DNA of 64,000 bases from a bacterium. GTDB taxonomy: Bacteria; Patescibacteriota; Microgenomatia; Levybacterales; UBA12049. The translations under genes were made by a program, and so were the position numbers. The first letter of the stretch is position 1. Each line of letters starts with the position of its first letter. The notes beneath the pieces are model-generated. The model saw only the letters and a program-made list of their open reading frames with translations, searched no databases and had not been told where the DNA came from. Shown here in pieces: positions 29,515 to 38,388 of this stretch. The stretch is taken from NCBI GenBank assembly GCA_021791545.1, contig JAJYWL010000016.1:9533-73532 (forward strand), in the 5' to 3' direction.

Positions 29515-31905
29515 TTAAAGTCTTGCTCTTGTGGCTATCTCACCTTCCAAAGACCTTACTTCTTTTCCGTACTTTAGTCTTGAAAGTTCTTTAACGAGCT
29601 CTGCGACTCGAGGATTCATTAGTGCTTTTTCCTTTGTCATATCTTTAGTAGTGTCCATTGAAAAAGGCGTCATAGGCTCATTTCCTACGATAGTCTTCAC
29701 GTAAGCGTTAAATACGTCTATATTTATTAGATCAGCCTCGGAGAACGTAGGCTGGAACTCATGTTGGAGATAATTTGCATCGGTTACACCAACTCTAAAT
29801 GAAGCCAAAGTTCCTACGTTTCCAAATATGGCGTTTTTTACCTCTTCATCCATCTGTCCTATAAACTGATTCGCGACGATAAGATTGAGTCTATATTTTC
29901 TTGCCTCGGAAAGTATCTGGGCAAAATCCGGAGTTGCAAAGTTTTGGAACTCGTCTACATAAAGATAAAAGTCTTTTCTTTGATCTTGGGGCATGTCTTG
30001 TCTACTCATAGCAGCAACCAAAAGCTTAGGAACTAAAACCAAACCCAAGAAGCTTGCATTCTCCTCCCCTATCTTTCCCTTAGAAAGATTTACGAGAAGA
30101 ATTTTTTGTTCATCCATTACTTTTCTGAAATCAAATGCAGAATGAGATTGCCCAATGATATTTCTCATCATCTTGTTGGTGACGAACCTTCCAAACTTTG
30201 AAACTATATAATCGAGTGTTTCCGACTTATGGAAGTCTGATGTCTGAGCTATCTGATCTGTCCAGTATCTTCTAACGATAGGGTCCTGAACCTTAGGCAA
30301 AAGCTCTTGGACAAAAGAAGCATCTGTTAAAGCCCTTACTACTTCTATGAACGTGCTTCCGGGCTCAGACATTACTGTTAACATTGCGTTTCTTATTGCG
30401 TGTTCAAACCTTGGACCTATGATACCTGTCTTATTAGGATCATAAAGTTTGTACATGAGTCCAACGATTGAAGAAACTATGTAATGTTTTTCTTCTTCGG
30501 TTTGAGCCTCAATCATGTTAAGACCCATTGGTCTTTCGGTATCCGAAGGGTCAAAAAGTATTACATCTTCTGCCCTTTGAGGAGGAATTAACTGAAGTAT
30601 ATCTTCGATCAAATCTCCATGAGGATCGATTACTCCTATTCCCTTCCCGTTATTTATATCCTGGATGATCATCTGTTTCAAAAGTTCTGATTTTCCTACA
30701 CCTGTTTTTCCAATTATGTACATATGTCTTCTTCTATCATCGTCTGCCATATATACAGGTCTTTCCAAGCCCCTATATACGCTTTTACCCAGGTATAGAC
30801 CTTCGCTAGGGATTTGAGCCGGAGCGGGAGCTCTTTTTGAAGTGAGCCAGAAAATATGAGGAGTTGAAACACTTTTATTTGGGAAATGGAAAATCGTAGC
30901 TAATTCTTCACTTGTTAAAACTGAACCTACTCCTCTCATGGGAAGATAGCGATAAACAAAGTCTGTAATAAAACCTCCCTTAAATCTCATGCTCTCTTTT
31001 GTTAATTGATTAGCACCTGAAAATTGCGAGAAACTTGAAACGATATTCTCAAGATGAGCTTCGGCAGCTTCTTTTGTACTTGAAGATACAACGATTCTAA
31101 TGAAGGTGTTAAAGCCGGGCTTCCCTATTTTTCCCTCAACCGCCTCAAGTTCTTTGGCATCTACCGAATATTTGGCTGTTTCCGGATTTGCCTCACTTTT
31201 TTTAGTATTTGAAATAAACTTTCTTCCCTTTTTACTCCAGGAAGAATTAGCACCCGAAATCAATATTTGTATTGCCGCTCCCTCCCCCGGACTCATCTTT
31301 GCAAGAACGGATGTTATTGAAGACATTGGATCTACTGCAAAATCCTTATAGACCTTGATAGGTTTGAAATTTGAATCTTTCAACTTAAGAGAGGCAAAAG
31401 CTACTCTTCCCGTATCGGAAAAGATGTTATATTCATTTCCCAAGATATAACCTTCTTTTGAATCTTTTTCGTCTACGACTCTTATCTCCGCGTCCGGATA
31501 AGCTCCGTTTATCTGTTTTTCTACAAAATCCCTATATTTGTTCGGGGTATTTACATAAAAACGGATATCTCCCGGCATACCTACAATTTCAAAAGAAAGG
31601 TGTGGAGGAAGTTTTAAGAAAGAAAACATTCCGCTTCCTCCTTTTATAGAAGCAAAGCTTGCAAAAAGCTGTTCTGCGGTATCTATTTTTACCTCATTAT
31701 CCCTCGGAACACTTATCTGTAAAAGGGTGGAATCCAATGACTGTCTTTCCCTATCCCTGTTTCTATACCAAATAGAAAATACATAACCAAGGCCAATAAA
31801 GATTACTGCCAAGAAAGCCACGACAAGAGTGACAACAATAATTGCAAAAAACAATGCGTTCAATGCTGCCAACGGATCTACCATAAATGACGATGATGTA
31901 TTCAT
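29515..31905 (-). CDS. VirD4/TraD-like (HerA-FtsK superfamily) membrane-anchored ATPase
   Basis: N-terminal TM helix, GKTGVGKS, DPHGD, YVDEFQNF, EARKY. Confidence 0.9.
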   Translation of the reverse strand: MNTSSSFMVDPLAALNALFFAIIVVTLVVAFLAVIFIGLGYVFSIWYRNRDRERQSLDSTLLQISVPRDNEVKIDTAEQLFASFASIKGGSGMFSFLKLPPHLSFEIVGMPGDIRFYVNTPNKYRDFVEKQINGAYPDAEIRVVDEKDSKEGYILGNEYNIFSDTGRVAFASLKLKDSNFKPIKVYKDFAVDPMSSITSVLAKMSPGEGAAIQILISGANSSWSKKGRKFISNTKKSEANPETAKYSVDAKELEAVEGKIGKPGFNTFIRIVVSSSTKEAAEAHLENIVSSFSQFSGANQLTKESMRFKGGFITDFVYRYLPMRGVGSVLTSEELATIFHFPNKSVSTPHIFWLTSKRAPAPAQIPSEGLYLGKSVYRGLERPVYMADDDRRRHMYIIGKTGVGKSELLKQMIIQDINNGKGIGVIDPHGDLIEDILQLIPPQRAEDVILFDPSDTERPMGLNMIEAQTEEEKHYIVSSIVGLMYKLYDPNKTGIIGPRFEHAIRNAMLTVMSEPGSTFIEVVRALTDASFVQELLPKVQDPIVRRYWTDQIAQTSDFHKSETLDYIVSKFGRFVTNKMMRNIIGQSHSAFDFRKVMDEQKILLVNLSKGKIGEENASFLGLVLVPKLLVAAMSRQDMPQDQRKDFYLYVDEFQNFATPDFAQILSEARKYRLNLIVANQFIGQMDEEVKNAIFGNVGTLASFRVGVTDANYLQHEFQPTFSEADLINIDVFNAYVKTIVGNEPMTPFSMDTTKDMTKEKALMNPRVAELVKELSRLKYGKEVRSLEGEIATRARL

Positions 31906-31907
31906 AT

Positions 31908-32306
31908 TTATTTTATAAGGCCCAAAAGCCTATCCAAAACCTTTATTCTTAAAACCGCAAACCAAGTAGAAGCAAGTGATTTATCTCCTTTTGCGAGCTC
32001 CTTAGCCTCACTTTCCTCCTTTATTATATCCTCTCTTGTCATCCCATTAAGGTTTGGCATGGTAACAGATGGAGCATGTTCGACCAAGCCTTCATGAGTA
32101 TCATCAAGACTGGCTCTTGTCTCGTTTACTTTTATTATTTCCTTTAATTCATCCTTTATCTGAGGCTCTGTTTCCTCCGTAGTTGAAGGTCTTACTAAAG
32201 GTTCGGGTGAAGTTCTTGTCTCTAAAGGAGCACCCTCTTTACTTATTGAAGGTACTGAAACTTGATTATTAGCATTTTGTGTATCATTTTGAGCTTGGGC
32301 ATCCAT
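31908..32306 (-). CDS. Hypothetical protein
   Basis: 132 aa, TATTAT-6-ATG, directly upstream of the VirD4-like gene. Confidence 0.7.
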   Translation of the reverse strand: MDAQAQNDTQNANNQVSVPSISKEGAPLETRTSPEPLVRPSTTEETEPQIKDELKEIIKVNETRASLDDTHEGLVEHAPSVTMPNLNGMTREDIIKEESEAKELAKGDKSLASTWFAVLRIKVLDRLLGLIK

Positions 32307-32375
32307 AGGTTAATAATAACATTATTGACTTTAAAGGACAATTAAATTTAGATTACAAAAACCTAACAAAGTAAC

Positions 32376-33446
32376 TTAAGCGCAGGCTTCTCCACCGTCT
32401 TCGGCAAATTCTTCTTTTGTTAAATGACATGATGGACATTCGTTTCCGACGGGACCGGTTGCATGATAATCGCATTTGGGACAGACAAACCATTCGCTTT
32501 CCGACTCTCCTTTTGCTCCAGAACCTAAATTAGGTCTCAAACCCCTAAAAATATTAGGACTTTGTAAGCCTCCACCCAAACCACAACTTCCCTTAGTAGG
32601 AGGTGGTGCTTGATTATATCTCGATTCTTTCATTGCTTCTGAAAGCTCTAGTTCTTTATGATCAAGATAGACTACGTTTTCGTTTTCTTCTCCCTCAAGT
32701 CTTCTTCTGAGCTCAATTGCCATATTTTCTATGGCGTTTCTTGCTATTCCTCCTCTTCCCTCTCTTACTAATCTTGGAAATTCTTCAATTGCTCTTTTAA
32801 GTTTTCTAATTGATGCTTCAAATATTTCTCTACTCTTTGCCGACTTAATCTCAAAATTTCCGTGTATAAACTCATTTACTTTATCCTCATCTACATCTAT
32901 AACTCTTGGATTTCTTAAATAACCTTCGGCATCATCGTACTCTTCCCCAGTTAAGGATCTACTTGCTTTATTAAAATCTGCGATATTAGGATCCTCAAGT
33001 CTGATTGCAGTCATTTTTAACTTTTCTCCATCTAATTTTCCTGTAAAACCAAATCCGTAATCACCGTATCCAAGCTCTTTTGGACCAGTAGGACTAAACC
33101 AAACAACTGTTCCGGTTGGATTTTCTATCAACTGTCTTCCGAGGCTTCTCATTCCCAAATATTCTGCTTCTTCTCTTGAAGTATCGAGTCCTTGTTCTTC
33201 TCTTTCCCTAATTGCTCTCTTTGACTTTAGAGCCATTGATTCACCGCTTACCGGATCGACAATTTCTCCAGCTCTAAATCCAAGTTCATATTGAAAATCA
33301 GATACTTCAAACCTATATTCTCCAAGATATGAAACCATATCATCTATGATTTGCTGATCGCTTGCCCATTCATAAAACTCGACATTGAACGCCTGGGGGA
33401 GATTTTCTCCTCTCTTATTTCCTATAACTTGATATTCTCTTTCCAT
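32376..33446 (-). CDS. Hypothetical soluble protein with C-terminal Zn ribbon, downstream of cobalamin riboswitch
   Basis: 356 aa from ATG 33446; no TM helix or signal peptide; GSCG then CPKC-x11-CPSC. Confidence 0.8.
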   Translation of the reverse strand: MEREYQVIGNKRGENLPQAFNVEFYEWASDQQIIDDMVSYLGEYRFEVSDFQYELGFRAGEIVDPVSGESMALKSKRAIREREEQGLDTSREEAEYLGMRSLGRQLIENPTGTVVWFSPTGPKELGYGDYGFGFTGKLDGEKLKMTAIRLEDPNIADFNKASRSLTGEEYDDAEGYLRNPRVIDVDEDKVNEFIHGNFEIKSAKSREIFEASIRKLKRAIEEFPRLVREGRGGIARNAIENMAIELRRRLEGEENENVVYLDHKELELSEAMKESRYNQAPPPTKGSCGLGGGLQSPNIFRGLRPNLGSGAKGESESEWFVCPKCDYHATGPVGNECPSCHLTKEEFAEDGGEACA

Positions 33447-33473
33447 AAAAAAACTCCTCACTTCCGAGGAGTT
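33447..33473 (-). terminator. Riboswitch expression-platform intrinsic terminator
   Basis: AACTCCTC-ggaagt-GAGGAGTT-TTTTT directly before the ATG. Confidence 0.85.
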
Positions 33474-33487
33474 GTATTACAAAAATA

Positions 33488-33582
33488 CACTTCTGCTCGG
33501 AAGATTTCCAACGGGGCTCTGACTTTACAGTTGCGGCACAGTATCGGAATTACACCGAATTCACCCGATTTATCTAGACCAA
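33488..33582 (-). ncRNA. Cobalamin riboswitch (compact, class II-like)
   Basis: Minus strand: GGGTGAA-TTCGGTGTAATTCCGAT-ACTGTGCCGCAACTGTA-AAGTCAGAGCCCC matches the B12 aptamer core (P4 T-loop, GCAACTGT, AGTCAGA), followed by P13 CTTC-CGAGCA-GAAG. Confidence 0.88.
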
Positions 33583-34106
33583 ATGTTTTCTTTTTTCTTT
33601 TCCTTAAAGTTTATATACCTTGCAAAAGTAAACAAAAGGTCTGATAGCCTATTAATATATACCAGAATCTCTTCGTTGACAACATCATGTTCTGAAAGTC
33701 CTACAATTCTTCTCTCTGCTCTTCTTGCTATCGTCCTTGACAGATGTAAAAGTGAGCCTGTCTCTCCTCCCCCCGGAAGAATGAAGTTTTCAAGTTCCGG
33801 AAGCTTTTTCGTGAGGTTATCTATAATTTTTTCAAATTCTTTTACTCTTTCTAGGAAATATTTTTTCTCTTCTTTTTTAAGAGACGGTCTTGCAATAATT
33901 GCCCCTATTTCAAAGATATCTTTTTGTATTTTCAGAAGCTCTTCTTTTATCTTTTTGTCTTTAATTCTTGCGACAACAACACCCAAAGAACTATTGAGTT
34001 CATCCAGATTTCCGCAAGTTTCGATACGGGGGTCTGTTTTTGAAACCGTCATTCCTCCGAAAAGCGAAGTATTTCCTTTGTCTCCAAATCTTGTATATAC
34101 GCTCAT
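33570..34106 (-). CDS. pduO: ATP:cob(I)alamin adenosyltransferase (PduO type)
   Basis: VYTRFGDKGNT, GNLDELNS, FILPGG, RRAERR, NRLSD.LF. Confidence 0.95.
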   Translation of the reverse strand: MSVYTRFGDKGNTSLFGGMTVSKTDPRIETCGNLDELNSSLGVVVARIKDKKIKEELLKIQKDIFEIGAIIARPSLKKEEKKYFLERVKEFEKIIDNLTKKLPELENFILPGGGETGSLLHLSRTIARRAERRIVGLSEHDVVNEEILVYINRLSDLLFTFARYINFKEKKKENIWSR

Positions 34107-34124
34107 TTTAAAAGAGGGTAAAAA

Positions 34125-36542
34125 CTAGCACTTTGAGTAGCCGCAACCATAGCAATGCCTGCAACCTTCTTCATAGGCAAGGCTTGCTGCTCCACACTCG
34201 GGGCAGATATCATAAAGTCCTGTTGAAAGTCCCTCTGTAGGAGAAAGAGTCCCTTGTGGGGTAGCTAATGTTAACTGCTCAAGTTTTACTATTTCTTCCT
34301 TTGTACCTACTGGTTCATCTGCCTTTACGTGAGTCTGTACTCCGTTTGATGAGTGTCCGTTTGAAAGACCGTTAGCAGAAGGTTTATCTTCAACAACGCC
34401 GTTTACTCTGAACTCGAAATGTTTTGAAAGAACCTTTGCTACTGCATCGGGAAGAGACCTTACTCTGTTTTCCCCAAAGCCTACGCTGGTTGCTCCACCT
34501 ATTCCTACCAACTGAGCTACAATCTGTTTTATCTTATCTCTTGGAGTAAGGTGTCCTACCAACCTTAAATTGAGAGAAATCATTCTTCCCAAAGCATCTG
34601 CCATTGCGGTAACATCGGATCCCGATTTTCCTACTGTTATGAATACCTCAAATGGCTCCCTACTCTCGTTATGGTTGATTGTTATAAATGTTTTTCCTAC
34701 AGGTGTTTCTGCCTGATATGTAACTCCTTCAACCATCATTGGTCTTGGCATTACCGGGTTTTTAATAACTTCTGCTTTTGTTTCTTCCTTTTTCTCTTCT
34801 TTTTTATCTTCAATTCTTTCCAAAACACCCTGTCTTGAACCGTCTCTCATATATGTAATCCCTTTAAGGCCCATGTCATATGCCATTTCATAAAGTTTCT
34901 TTACGTCGTCTACCGTGTGAGTTTTAGGAGCATTTACAGTTTTAGATATTGATGAATCTATGTATTCCTGAGCAACTGCCTGGACTTTTACATGTTCCTC
35001 TGGTGTAAGATCGTTTGCCGAGACAAAATATTCCGGTCTTTTTTCATTTGGATGGGCATTTTTCCATTCGTCAAAAAGAGGATGGTAAACAAGGTGTTCT
35101 CCCAATCTGTCTCTTCTTTTGAATTCGAATTCATATACCGGCTCTATTCCTGAAGAAACTCCGGCCAAAAGTCCCGTAGATCCTGTAGGAGCAATTGTTA
35201 ATAAGACTGCATTTCTTATCCCCTGTTTTGCGATTTTTTCTCTTACTTCTTTAGGAAGCTGTTTTATATACCAACCTTTAAGATATTTTTCTTTATTATA
35301 TTTAGGGAATGAACCTTTCTCTTTTGCGATGTCCGCTGAAGATGTATACGCGTTGTCTCTTAATGTCCTGAACATTTTGTCGATTATTTTAAGAGACTCT
35401 TCGGAACCGTATTTTACTTCCATTTTTATAAGAGCATCTGCAAGACCTAGTATTCCAAGACCCTGTCTTCTTATATCCTTTGCTACTTTCTCGTTTTCTT
35501 TAATGAAGTAATTTGTATCGTCTATTACGTCATCAAGGAATCTTACTGCAACCTGGACATCTTTTCCGAATGCTTCATAATCGAATTTTTTATCTTTTAC
35601 ATATACTGCCAGGTTCATCGCACCGAGGTTACATACCGCCCATGGAGATAGTGGCTGTTCTCCGCAAGGATTTGTTGCTACGAGTCTTTCAAAATAATAT
35701 GTGTTTGATCTTTTGTTGCTTCTGTCTAAGAAATGGAGTCCTGGTTCTGCGCTTCTCCATGCAGCTTCACAAATGAGATTCCATTGTTCTCTTGCTTTAA
35801 CTGTTTTATATTTTTTTACTTTTCCTCCCAGTTTTTTCCATTCGACCAAATCTCCCGTCCATTTTTTATCGTATTTTGGATCGTCTAAATCTGCATACTC
35901 TAAATCCCAATCCGCATCTTTCTTGACCGCTTCCATAAAGTCGTCGGAGACGCAGACAGAAAGATTTGCTCCGTTAAGTTTGGTTAAATCCTGTTTTGTT
36001 GTTATGAATTCCTCGATATCAGGATGCCAGTCATGAAGCATCAACATTAAAGCTCCTCTTCTTGATCCACCCTGCTGGATAATATCTTTTGTTGCTGTCG
36101 AATAAAGCTCTGCCCAATTCAAAGGTCCGGAGGAAAAGCCGTTAACTTTCTTGACCCTTGCTCCTCTTGGTCTTAGGGACGACAAATTAACTCCTACTCC
36201 TCCCCCGTGGGCCATAATTTCAATCATTTGAGACAGATTTTCCATTATTCCGCCTCGAGAGTCGGGAGGATTAGGAATTACAAAGCAGTTATAATAAGTC
36301 ATGTCAAAGCCTGTTCCTGCGCCTGATAATATTCTTCCACCGGGGACAAATTTGAAGTCTTGCATCAATTCATAGAATTTCTTCTCCCATTTCTTTCTTA
36401 CTGCAGGTTTTTCAACTCCCGCAATTCCCTTGGCAACTCTTTGCCACATTTCTTCGGGAGTTTTTTCAATAGGATTTCCCTTTATATCTTTTAATGAGTA
36501 TCTGTCTAAAAATACTTTTTGTCTTAAACCTGTTAGTTCCAT
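34125..36542 (-). CDS. nrdJ: Class II (AdoCbl-dependent) ribonucleotide reductase with C-terminal TSCPD/Zn-ribbon region
   Basis: NCFV, RRGA, TNPCGEQPL, CNLG, IAPTG, SISKTVN, KGITYMRDGSR and terminal CxxC motifs. Confidence 0.95.
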   Translation of the reverse strand: MELTGLRQKVFLDRYSLKDIKGNPIEKTPEEMWQRVAKGIAGVEKPAVRKKWEKKFYELMQDFKFVPGGRILSGAGTGFDMTYYNCFVIPNPPDSRGGIMENLSQMIEIMAHGGGVGVNLSSLRPRGARVKKVNGFSSGPLNWAELYSTATKDIIQQGGSRRGALMLMLHDWHPDIEEFITTKQDLTKLNGANLSVCVSDDFMEAVKKDADWDLEYADLDDPKYDKKWTGDLVEWKKLGGKVKKYKTVKAREQWNLICEAAWRSAEPGLHFLDRSNKRSNTYYFERLVATNPCGEQPLSPWAVCNLGAMNLAVYVKDKKFDYEAFGKDVQVAVRFLDDVIDDTNYFIKENEKVAKDIRRQGLGILGLADALIKMEVKYGSEESLKIIDKMFRTLRDNAYTSSADIAKEKGSFPKYNKEKYLKGWYIKQLPKEVREKIAKQGIRNAVLLTIAPTGSTGLLAGVSSGIEPVYEFEFKRRDRLGEHLVYHPLFDEWKNAHPNEKRPEYFVSANDLTPEEHVKVQAVAQEYIDSSISKTVNAPKTHTVDDVKKLYEMAYDMGLKGITYMRDGSRQGVLERIEDKKEEKKEETKAEVIKNPVMPRPMMVEGVTYQAETPVGKTFITINHNESREPFEVFITVGKSGSDVTAMADALGRMISLNLRLVGHLTPRDKIKQIVAQLVGIGGATSVGFGENRVRSLPDAVAKVLSKHFEFRVNGVVEDKPSANGLSNGHSSNGVQTHVKADEPVGTKEEIVKLEQLTLATPQGTLSPTEGLSTGLYDICPECGAASLAYEEGCRHCYGCGYSKC

Positions 36543-36545
36543 AAT

Positions 36546-36995
36546 TTATTTAATTAATCTTTTTACTTCTTTCTCAAAATCTTCTACATCTACAAACCTT
36601 TTAAATACGCTCGAAAATCTTATATATGCCACTTTGTCTAACTTTTTAAGTCTTGTCGAAACCATTTGTCCTATCTTGTTACTTCCCACTTCGACTCCTG
36701 ATTCCGACCTTAATTCCCTTTCTATCTCCGAGACAATTCTTTCTATCTGATCAAGAGAAATTTTGGTTTTCTCGCAAGATCTTATTATTCCGTTTTTTAG
36801 CTTGTCTCTATTAAACTGTTCTCTTCTTCCGTCTTTTTTTATTACTACTAGATTGACGTTTTCAACTCTTTCATAAGTAGTAAATCTTTTTTCGCATTTG
36901 AGACAAGCTCTTCTTCTTCTAATAGTCTCTAAATCTTCGCTGTCTCTTGTCTCGACTACTTCTGTTTCTGTACTTCCGCAATATGGACACTTCAT
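36546..36995 (-). CDS. nrdR: Transcriptional repressor NrdR
   Basis: MKCPYC, RRRRAC..C..RFTTYE, ATP cone, VAYIRF. Confidence 0.97.
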   Translation of the reverse strand: MKCPYCGSTETEVVETRDSEDLETIRRRRACLKCEKRFTTYERVENVNLVVIKKDGRREQFNRDKLKNGIIRSCEKTKISLDQIERIVSEIERELRSESGVEVGSNKIGQMVSTRLKKLDKVAYIRFSSVFKRFVDVEDFEKEVKRLIK

Positions 36996-37040
36996 ATCTT
37001 TTTGCCTACGTCTAGCATTCGATCTTGTACTTATTGCTAA

Positions 37041-37093
37041 ACGCTAGATATAGTGCCAAGACAAATCATAGAACCCTAGGACTAGGGTGTCAA
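37041..37093 (-). promoter_or_regulatory. nrdR-nrdJ-pduO promoter with tandem NrdR boxes
   Basis: Boxes ACGCTAGATATAGTGC (37041-37056) and ACCCTAGGACTAGGGT (37073-37088), 32 bp apart. TTGACA-17-TATGAT promoter overlaps box 2. Confidence 0.85.
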
Positions 37094-37259
37094 CTATAAA
37101 TAAATATATCAAAAATAGTCAACTTATTTTTTAGCCTCAAATTTTTATCCATTTAAAAAATTTGTCTAAAAAGAATATAAAAGGTAATCTATCTAAAAAG
37201 AGCGGCTCTTTTTTGTGGATAAAAAAGATATCCAAAGTAGCAGAAATAAAGCCTTTTAT

Positions 37260-37766
37260 CTATCTAAACTGTTCAGTATTTTTTACAAGATCTTCTACTC
37301 TTTTCTCTTCATTCTGCAGGTTTTTCTTTACATCTCCGTTTGTTTTGGAAATTAGATCTTTTATTACTTCCTGATGTTTTTTTGCTGCAGTTTCTAATGT
37401 ACTTTTGAAACCACTGATATCTTCTCCCTGTTTTTGCGCAACCTTTAAGTTATCGATTGCCATTTCCAAATAGTTCTCCCCTTTTGAAATTGTAGATACC
37501 ATCAAGGGATATTTTGAAGAACCTTTAGCAAATAGATATTGTCCGCTTGCAAGCCTTTTATCCGCCTGCAAAAGATCAAACTGAGATTTTTTAAGAGGAT
37601 CCGTGATAAAGAAATTTATTATTTGATCTCTGGCAAGTTTAAGTATATATAGAGGACTATCGGGTAAAAGACCGGGATAAGGTAAAGCATAATCTATTTT
37701 TTGGGCGCTAGCGGCTTGTAGAGGAACAATAAGAAAGAAAAGTAAAATTAATAACAGTTTCTTCAT
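37260..37766 (-). CDS. Exported helical protein (DUF5667-like)
   Basis: Signal peptide, PGLLPDSPLYILK...ADKRL. Confidence 0.75.
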   Translation of the reverse strand: MKKLLLILLFFLIVPLQAASAQKIDYALPYPGLLPDSPLYILKLARDQIINFFITDPLKKSQFDLLQADKRLASGQYLFAKGSSKYPLMVSTISKGENYLEMAIDNLKVAQKQGEDISGFKSTLETAAKKHQEVIKDLISKTNGDVKKNLQNEEKRVEDLVKNTEQFR

Positions 37767-37798
37767 AAAGTTAAGTAATTATACACCCACCATTCAAT

Positions 37799-38383
37799 TT
37801 ACTTAACGAAGCCGAGTTTTTCTAAGACATAATCTAGAGTACCTTGCTTAGTCAAAGAATAAGTATTTACCAAAAGATCATAATATTTGGGATCCCAATA
37901 CACCCACTCGGGATCGTTATCTGCATAAAGTCTTCTGTATTTTTCAAGGTTTTTCTGTTCTCTCTCGAGAATTTCTTCTTTTGCTTCGTCTGAAGTTATC
38001 TCATCTCTATTCATTAACCTATCTATCCTTATAGAGGCCTTATCTTCTCCCCTATCGTTCTCGCAAATTAAAAGTATTTTAAATATTCCGTCTATTCCTT
38101 GGGCATCAAAACCTGCAAGATGTGATTGAATTACATAATTATTTTCTTTTTTTAAAAGGTTTTTCAAAAGTTCTTCAAATTCAAGATCAAAAGCATCGGG
38201 TCTTTTATGAGTGTCTTTAATATGTAACCCCTGTTCCTTAACGAATTTTCTTACTATCTGACCTCCATCCAAAACATTCCAATTAAGTGTCTTTGCCAGA
38301 TTATTTGCAAGAGTTGTTTTTCCCGTAGCGATTCTTCCTGAAATAGTAATATTACGTATGTTTTTAATCAAAGGGTTGTCCAT
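37799..38383 (-). CDS. Cytidylate kinase-like P-loop kinase (archaeal type)
   Basis: ITISGRIATGKTT, YRRLY, YDLLVNT. Confidence 0.75.
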   Translation of the reverse strand: MDNPLIKNIRNITISGRIATGKTTLANNLAKTLNWNVLDGGQIVRKFVKEQGLHIKDTHKRPDAFDLEFEELLKNLLKKENNYVIQSHLAGFDAQGIDGIFKILLICENDRGEDKASIRIDRLMNRDEITSDEAKEEILEREQKNLEKYRRLYADNDPEWVYWDPKYYDLLVNTYSLTKQGTLDYVLEKLGFVK

Positions 38384-38388
38384 AAAGT

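Noticed and set aside
34125-36542. Intein or intron in nrdJ
   Set aside because: The core motifs are contiguous and the extra length is the C-terminal domain.
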